Assembly (NCBI GenBank): GCA_964460345.1
Contig: CAYWRO010000011.1
Span: 1,872 to 65,871, forward strand
Length of the DNA: 64,000 nt
DNA from: an uncultured Phycisphaeraceae bacterium
Lineage (GTDB): Bacteria; Planctomycetota; Phycisphaerae; Phycisphaerales; UBA1924
Direction of reading: 5' to 3'
Shown here: positions 7,720 to 17,737 of the stretch, piece after piece
How positions within the stretch are numbered: the stretch's first letter is position 1
Layout of the letters: each line of letters starts with the position of its first letter
Notes under the pieces: generated by a model
Databases searched by the model: none
Told to the model about the DNA's origin: nothing
What the model saw: the letters and a program-made list of their open reading frames with translations, nothing else
Translations under genes and position numbers: made by a program

Positions 7720-8931
7720 TCACGTCGGCGTCGAGTTTGAGTCCTTTTCTCCACCCAGCCAGCGTCTGACGAGGTCGGCGCGCGCCTCGCGCCGCTCGTT
7801 CTGGTCCATCACGCGTCCGGCGACGCGTTGCAGGTGGGCCGGCTGCGTCAGGAGAAGCAACTGGTTCACATCGCTGATGCGGACGTCAGGGATGAGTTCC
7901 GTCAGAATGCCAAGCCGCACGTAGCTGAGCAGCGTCAGCGATTCCTCGGCCGTCAGGAGCCGCGCGTAACGGAGCGTGCCGAGGGCGCGGAGGACCTGGT
8001 CCTCCAGCCACCGGCGGCGCTTGCTCAGAAGCTGCTGCCGCGAGGCGCGCTCATAGAGCAGGACTTTCGGAAGGATCTCGCGCGAAAGCTCGTGCAGGAT
8101 GACGCGCTCGGATTTGCCGAGTGTGGTCTGGTTGGAGACCTGGTAGAAGTCGCCGACGTTGTCGGAGCCTTCGCCGTAATAGCCGCGGACCGCCAGCGAC
8201 ATGTCGCGCGCGGCGCGCTTGACCTTCTCGAGTTCTCCCATGAGTCGGATCGCCGGAAGGTGAAGCATCACGGAGACGCGGATGCCGGTGCCGACATTGG
8301 TGGGGCAGGCGGTCAGGTAGCCGAAGCGGTCGTCGTACGCGAAGCCCGGCCCTTCCTGGCCGGGGGCTGCCGCGGCGTCTCCCGCGCTTTCGTCCGCGCC
8401 GCCGTGGCGGGCGAGTTGGTCATCGACCTTGTCGATCTGCGCAAAGGCATTCTCAAGGGCCAGGCCCGGACGAATCACCTGGATGCGCAGGTGGTCCTCC
8501 TCGTTGACCATGATGGAGAGCTGTTCATCGGGGAGGGAGATCGCGACGCCGCGGGGCTCGTGTCCCTTGGCGTGGTCGCGCGAGATCAGGTGCCGCTCGA
8601 CCATGAGCGTGCGATCGAGTGCGGTGGCGCGATGGATGTGGACCCAGAGCAGCTTGTCGGCGGGGCGGGCGCTCATGATGCGCTGCCTGGCGAGGTCGAG
8701 CAGGGCCTGGCGCTGCGCCAGGCTGGCGCGCGAGAGGAAGGGGAAGCCCTCGAAGTTGCGCGCAAGACGCACGCGTGAGGAGACGACGACGTCGGCCTCC
8801 GCGCCCGCGCCGCTGAGCCAGCCGGCGCCGTGGCGGATCTGGTCCGGTGAAAGCGACGGTTGCGGCCGGCCCTCGCCGGGATTGGGCGAGCCGGCGGGCT
8901 GCGGTGTCGAAGGGGGCAGAGACTCAGGCAT
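7720..8931 (-). CDS. mcsB: Protein arginine kinase McsB (ATP:guanidino phosphotransferase family)
   Basis: Guanidino-kinase signature YLTACPTNVGTGIRVSVMLHLP, plus EEDHLRIQ and VSSRVRLARN. The 584-aa track ORF 7720..9474 is an in-frame upstream read-through. The ATG at 8931 overlaps the mcsA stop by 8 nt. Confidence 0.88.
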   Translation of the reverse strand: MPESLPPSTPQPAGSPNPGEGRPQPSLSPDQIRHGAGWLSGAGAEADVVVSSRVRLARNFEGFPFLSRASLAQRQALLDLARQRIMSARPADKLLWVHIHRATALDRTLMVERHLISRDHAKGHEPRGVAISLPDEQLSIMVNEEDHLRIQVIRPGLALENAFAQIDKVDDQLARHGGADESAGDAAAAPGQEGPGFAYDDRFGYLTACPTNVGTGIRVSVMLHLPAIRLMGELEKVKRAARDMSLAVRGYYGEGSDNVGDFYQVSNQTTLGKSERVILHELSREILPKVLLYERASRQQLLSKRRRWLEDQVLRALGTLRYARLLTAEESLTLLSYVRLGILTELIPDVRISDVNQLLLLTQPAHLQRVAGRVMDQNERREARADLVRRWLGGEKDSNSTPT

Positions 8932-9556
8932 CGCCCCCTCCCGCGCCGGCTTCGCGCGCCTGGTCCATGGCCTGTTGCAGCTCATCGCGAAGCTGGGCCG
9001 CACGCTCGTACTGCTCCGCCGCGACGGCCTCGGCCAGGCGCCGCTGGAGAGTCGCGATGCGGGCGAGCTGCGCTTCGGCCTCTTCCTCGCGCTTGCGCGC
9101 TTCGACCTTGCGCATCGCCGCGGCGTGGGCGCTGTCGCGACCAAGGCGGCCTCCGACGGCGGCGCTCCCGGCGGGCGGGGCCTTGCCGACGTGGTGGGTT
9201 CCCCCCTCGTGCGCCCGGGCCAGCAGCGGCCCGAGGGCGTCGGCGAACGCCTCGTAACAGTCCGGGCAGCCGAGCACCCCCGCCTGACGGAACTGGGCGA
9301 AGGAGAGCCCGCAGGTGCTGCAGATGGAGGCGGCCGCACCGGCGGGCTTGCGCTTCTTGCCCGCGCCGCCCGCGGCGGCCTGTCCGTGGGCGAGCACGAA
9401 CTGGGACACGACTTGCGCGCCAAGCGTTGCGGCAGGGGGCGGCTGCATGCCCTCGCGCACGGCGCAGCGCTCACACAGGTGCTTTTCCACCTTCTTGCCG
9501 CCCATGATCATGACTTCATGGACGGTGGCTTCGTTGTCGCAATGGTCGCACTTCAT
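8924..9556 (-). CDS. mcsA: McsA-like protein arginine kinase activator (zinc-finger plus UVR motif)
   Basis: Paired Cys motifs CDHC, CERC, CSTC and CPDC, plus a C-terminal UVR-like AAEQYERAAQLRDEL. Positioned immediately upstream of mcsB. Confidence 0.8.
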   Translation of the reverse strand: MKCDHCDNEATVHEVMIMGGKKVEKHLCERCAVREGMQPPPAATLGAQVVSQFVLAHGQAAAGGAGKKRKPAGAAASICSTCGLSFAQFRQAGVLGCPDCYEAFADALGPLLARAHEGGTHHVGKAPPAGSAAVGGRLGRDSAHAAAMRKVEARKREEEAEAQLARIATLQRRLAEAVAAEQYERAAQLRDELQQAMDQAREAGAGGGDA

Positions 9557-9689
9557 CCGTTCAAGTATGGTATCGGCGGTTCTGAGGGGGCGGTCCCAGT
9601 GGACGCCGGCGGCGATTGGGACCCGTGGCCCATGGGTGCGGCGGGCGTCGGTCCGCTTTCATGGGTTTGTCGGCTCGGAGGGACCAACC

Positions 9690-9914
9690 ATGATTGCCAG
9701 GTACCGCATCGGCCAGCGAGTGAGGTGGCGGTGGGGGCGCGGCTGGGGCCGCGGCGTGGTGCGGGAGCGTTTCACCTCGCCGGTGACGCGCTCGATCAAG
9801 GGCGCCCGCATCACGCGGAACGCGACGCAGGATGAACCGGCGTACCTCATCAACCAGGATGACGGCGCGCGAGTGCTCAAGTCGCACTCAGAACTGAGCC
9901 GAGCCCCGCGATGA
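9690..9914 (+). CDS. DUF2945-like (HVA Tudor-type) small protein
   Basis: 74 aa: RVRWRWGRGWGRGVV..TRSIKGARITRNATQDEPAYLINQDDGARVLKSHSEL, matching my memory of the DUF2945 pattern. GGAGGGA RBS precedes the ATG at 9690. Confidence 0.7.
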   Translation: MIARYRIGQRVRWRWGRGWGRGVVRERFTSPVTRSIKGARITRNATQDEPAYLINQDDGARVLKSHSELSRAPR

Positions 9915-10264
9915 AGAGCCGCGCGGACGAACTCGCCGACCATGAGAAGCGGAAGATCTACCGCGACTTCCGGGCGGCTGTGAACATGGCTCCGGCGGCG
10001 CTGGAGACGTGGCTTAAGTCGACTGAGTCGAAGCGCGTCGGGCAGAAGGTGAATGGGGGAGAGTCGGTCGGCCACGCGTCAGGACGCCGGATCGTGACGA
10101 TCAGGCGCACCAGGAAGGACGATCTGACCGATGCGCAGTATCAGCACATGCGAAAGGTGGTCGGCTACGTCCGGCGGCACCTTGCGCAGCGGCCGACGGG
10201 CGACGTGTCGCACACGCGCTGGCGGTACTCGCTCATGAACTGGGGGCACGACCCGTTAAAGTGA
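9911..10264 (+). CDS. DUF3140-like protein
   Basis: NMAPAALETWL, SVGHASGRRIV, MRKVVGYVRRHLAQRP and WRYSLMNWGHDPLK, recalled as the DUF3140 signature. ATGA overlap with the preceding gene. Confidence 0.7.
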   Translation: MKSRADELADHEKRKIYRDFRAAVNMAPAALETWLKSTESKRVGQKVNGGESVGHASGRRIVTIRRTRKDDLTDAQYQHMRKVVGYVRRHLAQRPTGDVSHTRWRYSLMNWGHDPLK

Positions 10265-10279
10265 ACTCGCGAAGCTTGA

Positions 10280-10576
10280 TCAGCCCTCGGCCGAGTCGTT
10301 GCCCTCTTCCGGCCTGTCGCCCACATCCACCTGGGACCAGTCGATGTTCTTCGCTTCGTCCCGGGCTCGCTGGAGAACGGCTTTCGCCGCGGCGATGTCG
10401 TCGGCGTGGACGAGCACGTCGACGGGCCTGGGCGCTTCGGCGCGCATGGAGCCGGTGATCTGGCCGCTCACGGTGCTCTCGATTCCCTCGGCCTGGAGTT
10501 CCTGGACGATCAGGGCGGCTTCGGCCTCCGTCATCACGCTGACGAGTGTGACGGGCTGCTCATCTGGTCTGGCCAT
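10280..10576 (-). CDS. DUF2007-like small protein (putative signal-transducing fold)
   Basis: 98 aa from the ATG at 10576 with a GGAGGG RBS; VSVMTEAEAALIVQELQAEGIES pattern. The track start at 10702 looks like an upstream extension. Confidence 0.55.
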   Translation of the reverse strand: MARPDEQPVTLVSVMTEAEAALIVQELQAEGIESTVSGQITGSMRAEAPRPVDVLVHADDIAAAKAVLQRARDEAKNIDWSQVDVGDRPEEGNDSAEG

Positions 10577-11031
10577 GGTCCCTCCGGTCTGGTGTGCAGG
10601 CTCCGGGCGCGCGAACACGCCGATGGAGCATTGTTGGCCAGTGCCCCTCGGCGTGCTCGCCGGCGCTGCGCGATTGGCCCAGCGCCGAAGTTCTTGTTCC
10701 ACCGGCCGCGGTTCGGGCAGCCCCTGGTGGGTGGGGGCTTGGAGTTCACGCCCGGGCTACGGACGCGCCGGTCGCTATGTCAGACGCCGGACTTCCCTGC
10801 GGGCACCTGCGGCTGGCCCGATGGCTGATTCCGTTCCATTTCTCGGTCCTTCGGAGGCACGACTCGAGTGACCGAACTGGATTTTCTTGTGTTGGGGCAT
10901 TTGCGAGCCCAAGCGAGTGCTGGAATGGCTGACGCCGGGCTCCTACACTCCGGGCTCGAATCCCCGGTGTCCTCATGGACCCAGGGATCGCGGAGCTGAT
11001 CCCAAGCCCCTCAATGGCAAGGACTTGAGTC

Positions 11032-11265
11032 ATGAAGGACAAGATTCACCCCGGCTACTACCCCGAGTGCAAGGTCTACCACAACGGCGAGGTCGTCATG
11101 ACCGTCGGGGCGACCGTGCCCGAGATGCACGTCGAAGTCTGGTCCGGCTCGCACCCGTTCTTCACGGGCAAGCAGGCGTTCGTGGACTCTGCCGGCCGCG
11201 TGGAGAAGTTCCAGCGCAAGTTCGGCGGGGACTACTTTGCATCGAAGAAGAAGGGCAAGAAGTAA
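11032..11265 (+). CDS. rpmE: 50S ribosomal protein L31 (non-zinc, type-B-like)
   Basis: MKDKIHPGYY...SGSHPFFTGKQ..DSAGRVEKFQRKF. The CxxC pairs of the zinc form are absent. Confidence 0.92.
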   Translation: MKDKIHPGYYPECKVYHNGEVVMTVGATVPEMHVEVWSGSHPFFTGKQAFVDSAGRVEKFQRKFGGDYFASKKKGKK

Positions 11266-11301
11266 GCCGATCCTTCGATCAACAAACACGAGCATTTGAC
11301 C

Positions 11302-11326
11302 CGCGGCGAGCCCCAGGCTCGCCGCG
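11302..11326 (+). terminator. Hairpin after rpmE
   Basis: CGCGGCGAGCC-cca-GGCTCGCCGCG (11-bp perfect stem) followed by TTGCAATT. Confidence 0.5.
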
Positions 11327-11360
11327 TTGCAATTCTGGCCCGAGCGCGCTACCCTCGTAT

Positions 11361-11388
11361 TCATCCATTCATCCGGATTAATGGATGA
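11361..11388. promoter_or_regulatory. 28-bp near-perfect AT-rich palindrome upstream of metH (candidate operator)
   Basis: TCATCCATTCATCC|GGATTAATGGATGA, one mismatch between the arms, 34 nt upstream of the metH ATG. Confidence 0.4.
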
Positions 11389-11421
11389 TATCGCAACTTC
11401 TTCTCTTCAAGGGGCCGGTTC

Positions 11422-14400
11422 ATGCCAGATCGCCAAGGCACCTCTCGATTTGTTCAGGAGCTCTCACGCCGGGTGCTGGTGCTCGACGGGGCCATGGGGA
11501 CGTCGATCCACGATCACGATCTGGATCTGGAGACGGACTATTGCGGCTGTGAGAACTGCACGGACCTGCTTGTCGCGACCCGGCCGGATGTGATTCAGGG
11601 AATCCACGAGTCGTTTCTGGCCGTGGGGGCGGATGCGGTGGAGACGGACACGTTCGGGGCGAACCGGCTGGTGTTGGCCGAGTTCGACCTGGCGGGGCGG
11701 GCGCTGGAGTTGAACCGGGCCGCCGCGGAGGTCGCCCGGGCGGCGTGCGAGAAGTTCTCCACGTCCGATAAGCCGCGGTTCGTGCTCGGCTCAATGGGGC
11801 CGGGGACTCGGCTGGTGACGCTGGGGAACACGACGTGGGACGAGATGCTGGCCTCGTACGCAGAGCAGGCGGCGGGGCTGCTGGCCGGCGGTGTGGATGC
11901 GTTCATCATCGAGACCTGCCAGGATCTGCTGCAGGTGAAGTGCGCGATTAATGCGTGCCTCAAGGCGCTGGCCGAGGCGGGGCGGACGCCGCAGGAGGTG
12001 CCGATCCTGGTGAGCGTCACGATCGAGACGACGGGTTCGATGCTGCTGGGGACGGAGATCGCCGCGGCGGCGACGGCGCTGGCGGAGTATCCGATTCTGT
12101 CGCTGGGGCTGAACTGCGCGACGGGGCCGACGGAGATGGCCGAGCACGTGCGGTGGCTCGGGAAGCACTGGGGGGTGGGGAAGACGGCGGGTCGGCATGT
12201 CTCGGTCGTGCCGAACGCGGGTCTGCCGGCGCTGGTGGAGGGGCGGACGGAGTACCCGCTCAAGCCGCGGCCGTTTGCCGATGCGCTGCTGGAGTTCATC
12301 AAGCGGGACGGGGTGCGGATTGTGGGGGGATGCTGCGGGACGACGCCGGAGCACATCCGGCTGCTGGTCGAAGGGGTGGAGGAACTGCAACGGGGGAGTG
12401 CGGCAACGAGTGGTGAGGGGCAAGCCGCGGAGGACGGCCGGGAAGCGCCGAAGCCTGGGTGCACGTCGCTGTACTCGGTGACGGAGTACCGCCAGGACGC
12501 TTCGTTCCTGATTGTGGGTGAGCGCTGCAACGCGTCGGGATCGCGCAAGTTCAAGCGATTACTGGAGGAGGAGGACTGGGACGGCATCGTGTCGCTGGCG
12601 CGCGAGCAGATGCGCGATGGCTCGCACGTGCTGGATGTGAACGTGGACTATGCCGGGCGCAATAACGCGGCGGACATGGAGGCGGTGGTGTCGCGTCTCG
12701 TTCGCCAGGTGGATGCGCCGCTGATGCTGGATTCGACGCAGATTGCGACGATCGAGGCGGGGTTGAAGCGTGCCGGCGGCAAGTGCATCATCAACAGCGC
12801 GAACTTCGAGGACGGCGAGGAGAAGTTCGACGAGATGTGCCGCCTGGCCCGGACTTACGGGGCGGCGCTGGTGATCGGTTCGATTGATGAGGACAAGGAA
12901 GCCGCGATGGCGCGCACGGCGGAGCGCAAGGCGGCCATCGCGAAGCGCGCGTTTGAGCGCGCCACGCAGGTGCATGGGCTCAGCGCGTCGGATATCTTTT
13001 TCGATCCGCTGGTCCTGCCGGTCTCGACGGGCATGGAGTCGGACAGGCGCTCGGCGCTGGAGACGATCGAGGGGACGCGCCGCATCGCGACGGAGCTGCC
13101 GGAGTGCCAGATCACGTGCGGGCTGTCGAATGTTTCCTTCGGGCTGAACCCGGCGGCGCGGCTGGTGATCAACTCGGTGTTCCTGCACGAGCTTGTGCAG
13201 GCGGGGATGACCAGCGCGATCGTTCACGCGAGCAAGATCCTGCCGCTGAACCGGATCGATGAGGCCCAGCGCGAGGCGGCGCTGCACCTGATCTACGACC
13301 GTCGGGCGGAGAGCCGCGGCGGGACGGGTCTTCCGGAAGGTGTTACCGATGAAGATTTCGATCCGCTCGAGGCGTTGATCGATCTCTTCAAGGACGCCAC
13401 AAGTGCTGCAGACGCGAAGAAGGAGACGAAGAACCTCACTTTGGAGGAGCGTCTCCGCGCCCACATCATCGATGGCGAGAAGGAAGGACTGCACGCGGCC
13501 CTGGATGAGGCGATGGCCAAGTACGCGCCGCTCGACATCATCAATGATCACCTGCTGGACGGCATGAAGACGGTGGGCGAGCTTTTCGGCTCCGGCCAGA
13601 TGCAGCTTCCCTTCGTGCTTCAGAGCGCGGAGGTGATGAAGATTGCCGTCGCGCATCTCGAGCCGCACATGGAGAAGGTGGAGGGCCAGAGCAAGGGGCG
13701 CATTGTTCTTGCGACGGTGAAGGGCGATGTGCACGACATCGGCAAGAACCTGGTCGACATCATCCTCTCCAACAACGGCTACACGGTCTACAACCTCGGC
13801 ATCAAGCAGCCGATCAACGACATCGTGGAGGCGTGGAAGAAGTACGACGCTCATGCGATCGGGCTCTCGGGCCTGCTCGTCAAGAGCGTGAACGTGATGG
13901 AGGAGAACCTGCACGAACTGAACCGGCTCGGCATCACGGCGCCGGTGATCCTCGGCGGGGCGGCACTGGCGCGGCACTACTGCGAAGGCCATCTCCGCGG
14001 CGTGTACGAAGGAACCTGCCTGTACGGCAAGGATGCCTTTGAAGGGCTGCGTCTGATGGACTGCATCACCACCAATCGTCTCGAGGAGGTGATGAAGGAG
14101 GTGGAGGAGCGTCTGAACAAGCGTGCCGCCGCGGAAGCGGTGATCGCGCGCAACAAGGCCGGGAAGGCGGGCGAGAACGGCACGCTGGATGATGAGGCGG
14201 CGCGTGCCGCGGCCGAGGCGGTCCGCAGCGGCAACGGCGCTGTTCCAGCGGGGGCGGGCGCCGGCGGTAACGCCGGTTCAGGCGAGGGGGGCAACGGCGT
14301 CGCTGTCGCGACCCGCACGCGGGTGCGCTCGGAGGTGGCGACGGACGTGGTGGTTCCCGCAGCGCCTTTCTACGGCTCGCGCGTGGTCGAGTCGATCGAC

Positions 14401-15147
14401 CTGGAGGAGATCTATCCGTTTATCAACCGGGTGGCGCTCTTCCGCGGCCAGTGGCAGTTCAAGAAGGGCGCCAAGTCCGACGCTGACTACGAGGCGATGC
14501 TCGAAGATACGGTGGAGCCGATCTTTGAGCGGTTGAAGCGCCAGTGCCGCGAGGAGGAGATCCTGCGGCCGCAGGTCGTCTACGGGTACTACCCCGCCGC
14601 GGCGGACGGGGACGACCTGGTGATCTATGACGCCGACGACCACGATCGGGAGATTGAGCGCTTCAGCTTCCCCCGCCAACCGAACCGCAAGCGGCTGTGC
14701 ATCAGTGATTTCTTCCGGCCCGTTGAGTCGGGAGAGAAGGACGTGGTGGCGTTCCACTGCGTGACGATGGGCAGCCGGGCCAGCCAGATCACGCGCAAGC
14801 TCTTTGAGGGCGGCGACTACACCGAGTACCTCTACCTGCACGGCATGAGCGTCGAGACCGCCGAGGCGCTGGCCGAACTCTGGCACAAGCGCATCCGCCA
14901 GGAACTGGGCATCGCCTCCGAGGACGCCCCGGAGGTCCGCAAGCTCTTCACGCAGCACTATCGCGGCAGCCGGTACTCCTTCGGCTACCCGGCCTGCCCG
15001 GAGATGAGCGACCAGGAGAAGCTGTTCCGGCTGATCCAGCCGGAGCGGATCGGCTGCGTCCTGACGGACAACTGGCAGATCGACCCTGAACAGTCGACGA
15101 GCGCGATCATCGTGCACCATCCTGAGGCGAAGTACTTCAACGTGTGA
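11422..15147 (+). CDS. metH: Cobalamin-dependent methionine synthase
   Basis: 1241 aa with Hcy-binding, pterin-binding, B12-binding (GDVHDIGKNLV, DxHxxG) and AdoMet-activation modules in the canonical order. Confidence 0.95.
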   Translation: MPDRQGTSRFVQELSRRVLVLDGAMGTSIHDHDLDLETDYCGCENCTDLLVATRPDVIQGIHESFLAVGADAVETDTFGANRLVLAEFDLAGRALELNRAAAEVARAACEKFSTSDKPRFVLGSMGPGTRLVTLGNTTWDEMLASYAEQAAGLLAGGVDAFIIETCQDLLQVKCAINACLKALAEAGRTPQEVPILVSVTIETTGSMLLGTEIAAAATALAEYPILSLGLNCATGPTEMAEHVRWLGKHWGVGKTAGRHVSVVPNAGLPALVEGRTEYPLKPRPFADALLEFIKRDGVRIVGGCCGTTPEHIRLLVEGVEELQRGSAATSGEGQAAEDGREAPKPGCTSLYSVTEYRQDASFLIVGERCNASGSRKFKRLLEEEDWDGIVSLAREQMRDGSHVLDVNVDYAGRNNAADMEAVVSRLVRQVDAPLMLDSTQIATIEAGLKRAGGKCIINSANFEDGEEKFDEMCRLARTYGAALVIGSIDEDKEAAMARTAERKAAIAKRAFERATQVHGLSASDIFFDPLVLPVSTGMESDRRSALETIEGTRRIATELPECQITCGLSNVSFGLNPAARLVINSVFLHELVQAGMTSAIVHASKILPLNRIDEAQREAALHLIYDRRAESRGGTGLPEGVTDEDFDPLEALIDLFKDATSAADAKKETKNLTLEERLRAHIIDGEKEGLHAALDEAMAKYAPLDIINDHLLDGMKTVGELFGSGQMQLPFVLQSAEVMKIAVAHLEPHMEKVEGQSKGRIVLATVKGDVHDIGKNLVDIILSNNGYTVYNLGIKQPINDIVEAWKKYDAHAIGLSGLLVKSVNVMEENLHELNRLGITAPVILGGAALARHYCEGHLRGVYEGTCLYGKDAFEGLRLMDCITTNRLEEVMKEVEERLNKRAAAEAVIARNKAGKAGENGTLDDEAARAAAEAVRSGNGAVPAGAGAGGNAGSGEGGNGVAVATRTRVRSEVATDVVVPAAPFYGSRVVESIDLEEIYPFINRVALFRGQWQFKKGAKSDADYEAMLEDTVEPIFERLKRQCREEEILRPQVVYGYYPAAADGDDLVIYDADDHDREIERFSFPRQPNRKRLCISDFFRPVESGEKDVVAFHCVTMGSRASQITRKLFEGGDYTEYLYLHGMSVETAEALAELWHKRIRQELGIASEDAPEVRKLFTQHYRGSRYSFGYPACPEMSDQEKLFRLIQPERIGCVLTDNWQIDPEQSTSAIIVHHPEAKYFNV

Positions 15148-15321
15148 TCAGGCCGTAACTTAGCCTTCTCACATCGGCAGGCGCCATATCGAGGGGGCGG
15201 CGGGGGGTGGCGCAATCTGCACGAGATGGCTGTCGCGTGCGCAGGAAACGGGGAATCACCTCGTACAAGAAGGTGTAGGGCGCGGCAGTTGCGCCCGAGG
15301 TCCACGAAAAAAGGAGGTACC

Positions 15322-16260
15322 ATGCAACCACGACGTGCCTATGCCAGGCCGGACCTGATTGCCATCGTGTCCGTCGCCGCGGTCGCCGCCTGTCTCGTAA
15401 TTCCAGCCCTCTCAAGGTCGCGGCAGGCGGCATGCCAGTTAACCGATGCCGATCATCTTCGACTAATCATTCAGGGGATGGGGGTTTTCGCCTTGGCGAA
15501 TGATGATGCATACCCGTTGCCGGGTGCGATTGACACAGGCAATGCCACGGTGGCAGCCGTGGCTGAAGCCAAGAACACCACGGGTCATCTGCTTTCGTTT
15601 CTGATCTACGAGGGCCATATCAAGCCTGAAACGTGCGTGAGCCCTGCAGAGGCAAACACTGCACAGGTGACGGTGTGCACCACATACGAATACGAAAATC
15701 CCGGATTCGCAGCGGACCCCGCCCACGCGTTGTGGGATCCCGGATTCAGCGGCACGCCAGTCGACCAGGGGCAACGGCACACGCCTCTAGCGTCCAACCA
15801 GTCGTATGCACCGCTGGTGTACTTCGGCGCGAAGCGCACGGAGCGATGGAGCAACCGTGGGGATTCACCGACGGCTTTGTTTGCCAATCGTGGGCCGTCG
15901 TACCAGGGGGTTGAGCATCCCGACAACGGAGTGTGGGAACTTGCGCAGAACGCAGTCGGCATCGGTTCTTGGACCCTGCTCTTTTACGGCGAGCCGAATG
16001 CCTGGGCCGGTCATGCCGCGTACGACGATGGAGCGGTGCTGTTCCACGAAACGCCGAATCCGGATCGGACAACCTACACGCGACCAGAGACCGCCGACCC
16101 GCGAGTGGTTGCCGACAACCTGTTCGTCAATGAGGCGGACGATGCAAGCGGGAGTGGATCCTCTGCGGAACTCAGCACGAGCCTGAACCTGCTGATGCGA
16201 CCGATTGCGCGCATTCAGGTATTCGGGCCATCGACAAGCATCACGATCTGGAATGACTGA
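15322..16260 (+). CDS. Hypothetical membrane-anchored/secreted protein with a degenerate pseudopilin-like N-terminus
   Basis: AAGGAGG RBS before the ATG at 15322. The N-terminal helix LIAIVSVAAVAACLVIPALSRSRQAACQ..HLRLIIQGMGVFA parallels the prepilin gene at 40146 but lacks the G/FTLIE cleavage motif. Confidence 0.6.
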   Translation: MQPRRAYARPDLIAIVSVAAVAACLVIPALSRSRQAACQLTDADHLRLIIQGMGVFALANDDAYPLPGAIDTGNATVAAVAEAKNTTGHLLSFLIYEGHIKPETCVSPAEANTAQVTVCTTYEYENPGFAADPAHALWDPGFSGTPVDQGQRHTPLASNQSYAPLVYFGAKRTERWSNRGDSPTALFANRGPSYQGVEHPDNGVWELAQNAVGIGSWTLLFYGEPNAWAGHAAYDDGAVLFHETPNPDRTTYTRPETADPRVVADNLFVNEADDASGSGSSAELSTSLNLLMRPIARIQVFGPSTSITIWND

Positions 16261-16285
16261 ATCTGTCCGTTCACGGAGATGAACC

Positions 16286-17737
16286 ATGAACTCACGAAGC
16301 GCGCTCACCATTGCGATGATGTTGTTTGCGGTGCATTCGGGCCAGGCGGAGGTTATCGTTGTCCACCCAGGTCCGGGAACGCCCGTTCAAGATGCGATAG
16401 ATAGTGCGAACGCCGGCGACGAGGTCGTTCTGATGCCTGGCGAGTACACTGAAACGATCGACTATCTCGGCAAGGCGATCACCATCCGGTCGGATGCTGG
16501 TCCTGGCGTCACAGTCCTGGACGCCGGCGGGCTTGGCCCCGCCGTTCGGTTTGTTACCGGCGAGGGCGCCGGGTCGGTTCTCGAAGGGCTCGCCCTTACC
16601 GGTGGGGTGGGCGAGTTTCGCGGCCAACTCCGCGTCGGGGGCGCTGTCTACATTGATGGTGCGTCCCCAACGCTGATCGATTGTGTGTTTCAAGGGAATA
16701 CTGCGGATGTCGGGGGGGCGGTAGCCGTGTTGGCCGAGGGCGCACCACTTGTCAGGGGCTGCTCGTTTCAGTCCAACACCGCCGATCAGGGTGGGGCGGT
16801 CTACGTGTTGGACGCCTCTCCTGGATTGCTTCAGTGCGTCTTCCACGCCAACGGTGCTGAGTTCCGCGGCGGGGCGATGCTCATTGACGGCGACGCGGCG
16901 CCGCAGATTGTCAACACAAGGTTTCATGGGTCGAATGCGGCGAAACTTGATGGCGGAGCAATCGCCTGTCTTCGCGATGCCGCGCCGACATTGATCAATG
17001 TCGTGCTGACCGGCAACGCCGCGGAATGCGGCGGAGGGGGCGTCTACGCATTCCACGGCTCTTCGCCTGTGATTGCGCACGCGACGCTGGTGGGTAATGC
17101 GGGGACTACGGGCCCTGGCTTCCTGGCGGAAGCTAGTTCCCAGGGAACAGTGGTCAACTCCATATTCGCCGGCGGCGCAACCGACCTCATCGCCGGCACG
17201 GGCCTCACCGTCAACTACTCGCTCGTCCAGGGGGGATGGAGCGGCGGCGGAGCAGGGAACATTTCATTGCCACCACGGTTGCTGGATCCGGTCGGCCCGG
17301 ACAACCTCCTTGGGACGCCGGACGATGATGTTCGCCTTGCTTCCGGCTCTCCTGCAATCGATGCCGCCAGCGGGGCGCTCCTGCCGGCCGACTCGCTCGA
17401 CGCCGATGCGAATGGTGATGTGAGTGAGCCGATCAGTGTGGATCTGGCTCTGGCCGCCCGCGCGATTGACGCCCTCGCTTACGCCGATGCGGGCGTCCCC
17501 GCCGCGAATGGGGCCGTGCCGGACATGGGCGCGTATGAGGCCGCGGCGGACGTTCTGCCCTTCTGCCTTTGCGAGGTCGACGGAGCGGCGGGGATAGACG
17601 TGATGGACTTGCTGGCGTACCTCGATCTTTGGTTCGAAGGCGCCGAAGCCGCCGAACTCACGGGAGACCAGCCGGCGGTCGTAGATGTATTCGACTTGCT
17701 CGTGTTCCTGAACTGCTGGTTCGTCGGCTGCGGGTGA
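16286..17737 (+). CDS. Secreted right-handed beta-helix repeat protein with C-terminal GC-type dockerin
   Basis: Signal peptide, repeated GGAVY/GGAI beta-helix rungs, and the tail [43 protein letters not shown]. Confidence 0.8.
   Translation: MNSRSALTIAMMLFAVHSGQAEVIVVHPGPGTPVQDAIDSANAGDEVVLMPGEYTETIDYLGKAITIRSDAGPGVTVLDAGGLGPAVRFVTGEGAGSVLEGLALTGGVGEFRGQLRVGGAVYIDGASPTLIDCVFQGNTADVGGAVAVLAEGAPLVRGCSFQSNTADQGGAVYVLDASPGLLQCVFHANGAEFRGGAMLIDGDAAPQIVNTRFHGSNAAKLDGGAIACLRDAAPTLINVVLTGNAAECGGGGVYAFHGSSPVIAHATLVGNAGTTGPGFLAEASSQGTVVNSIFAGGATDLIAGTGLTVNYSLVQGGWSGGGAGNISLPPRLLDPVGPDNLLGTPDDDVRLASGSPAIDAASGALLPADSLDADANGDVSEPISVDLALAARAIDALAYADAGVPAANGAVPDMGAYEAAADVLPFCLCEVDGAAGIDVMDLLAYLDLWFEGAEAAELTGDQPAVVDVFDLLVFLNCWFVGCG

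Noticed and set aside
7720-9474. Single 584-aa ORF covering mcsB and most of mcsA
   Set aside because: The N-terminal 181 codons are an alternative frame of mcsA with low-complexity Pro/Ala/Arg sequence. The ATG at 8931 gives a normal-length McsB overlapping the mcsA stop.
10935-10975. tRNA-like T-arm CCGGG-CTCGAAT-CCCCGG upstream of rpmE
   Set aside because: No complementary acceptor stem (GAGGACA) upstream, the loop is 8 nt rather than 7, and T54 is replaced. It is really a direct repeat of CCGGGCTC and is not a tRNA.
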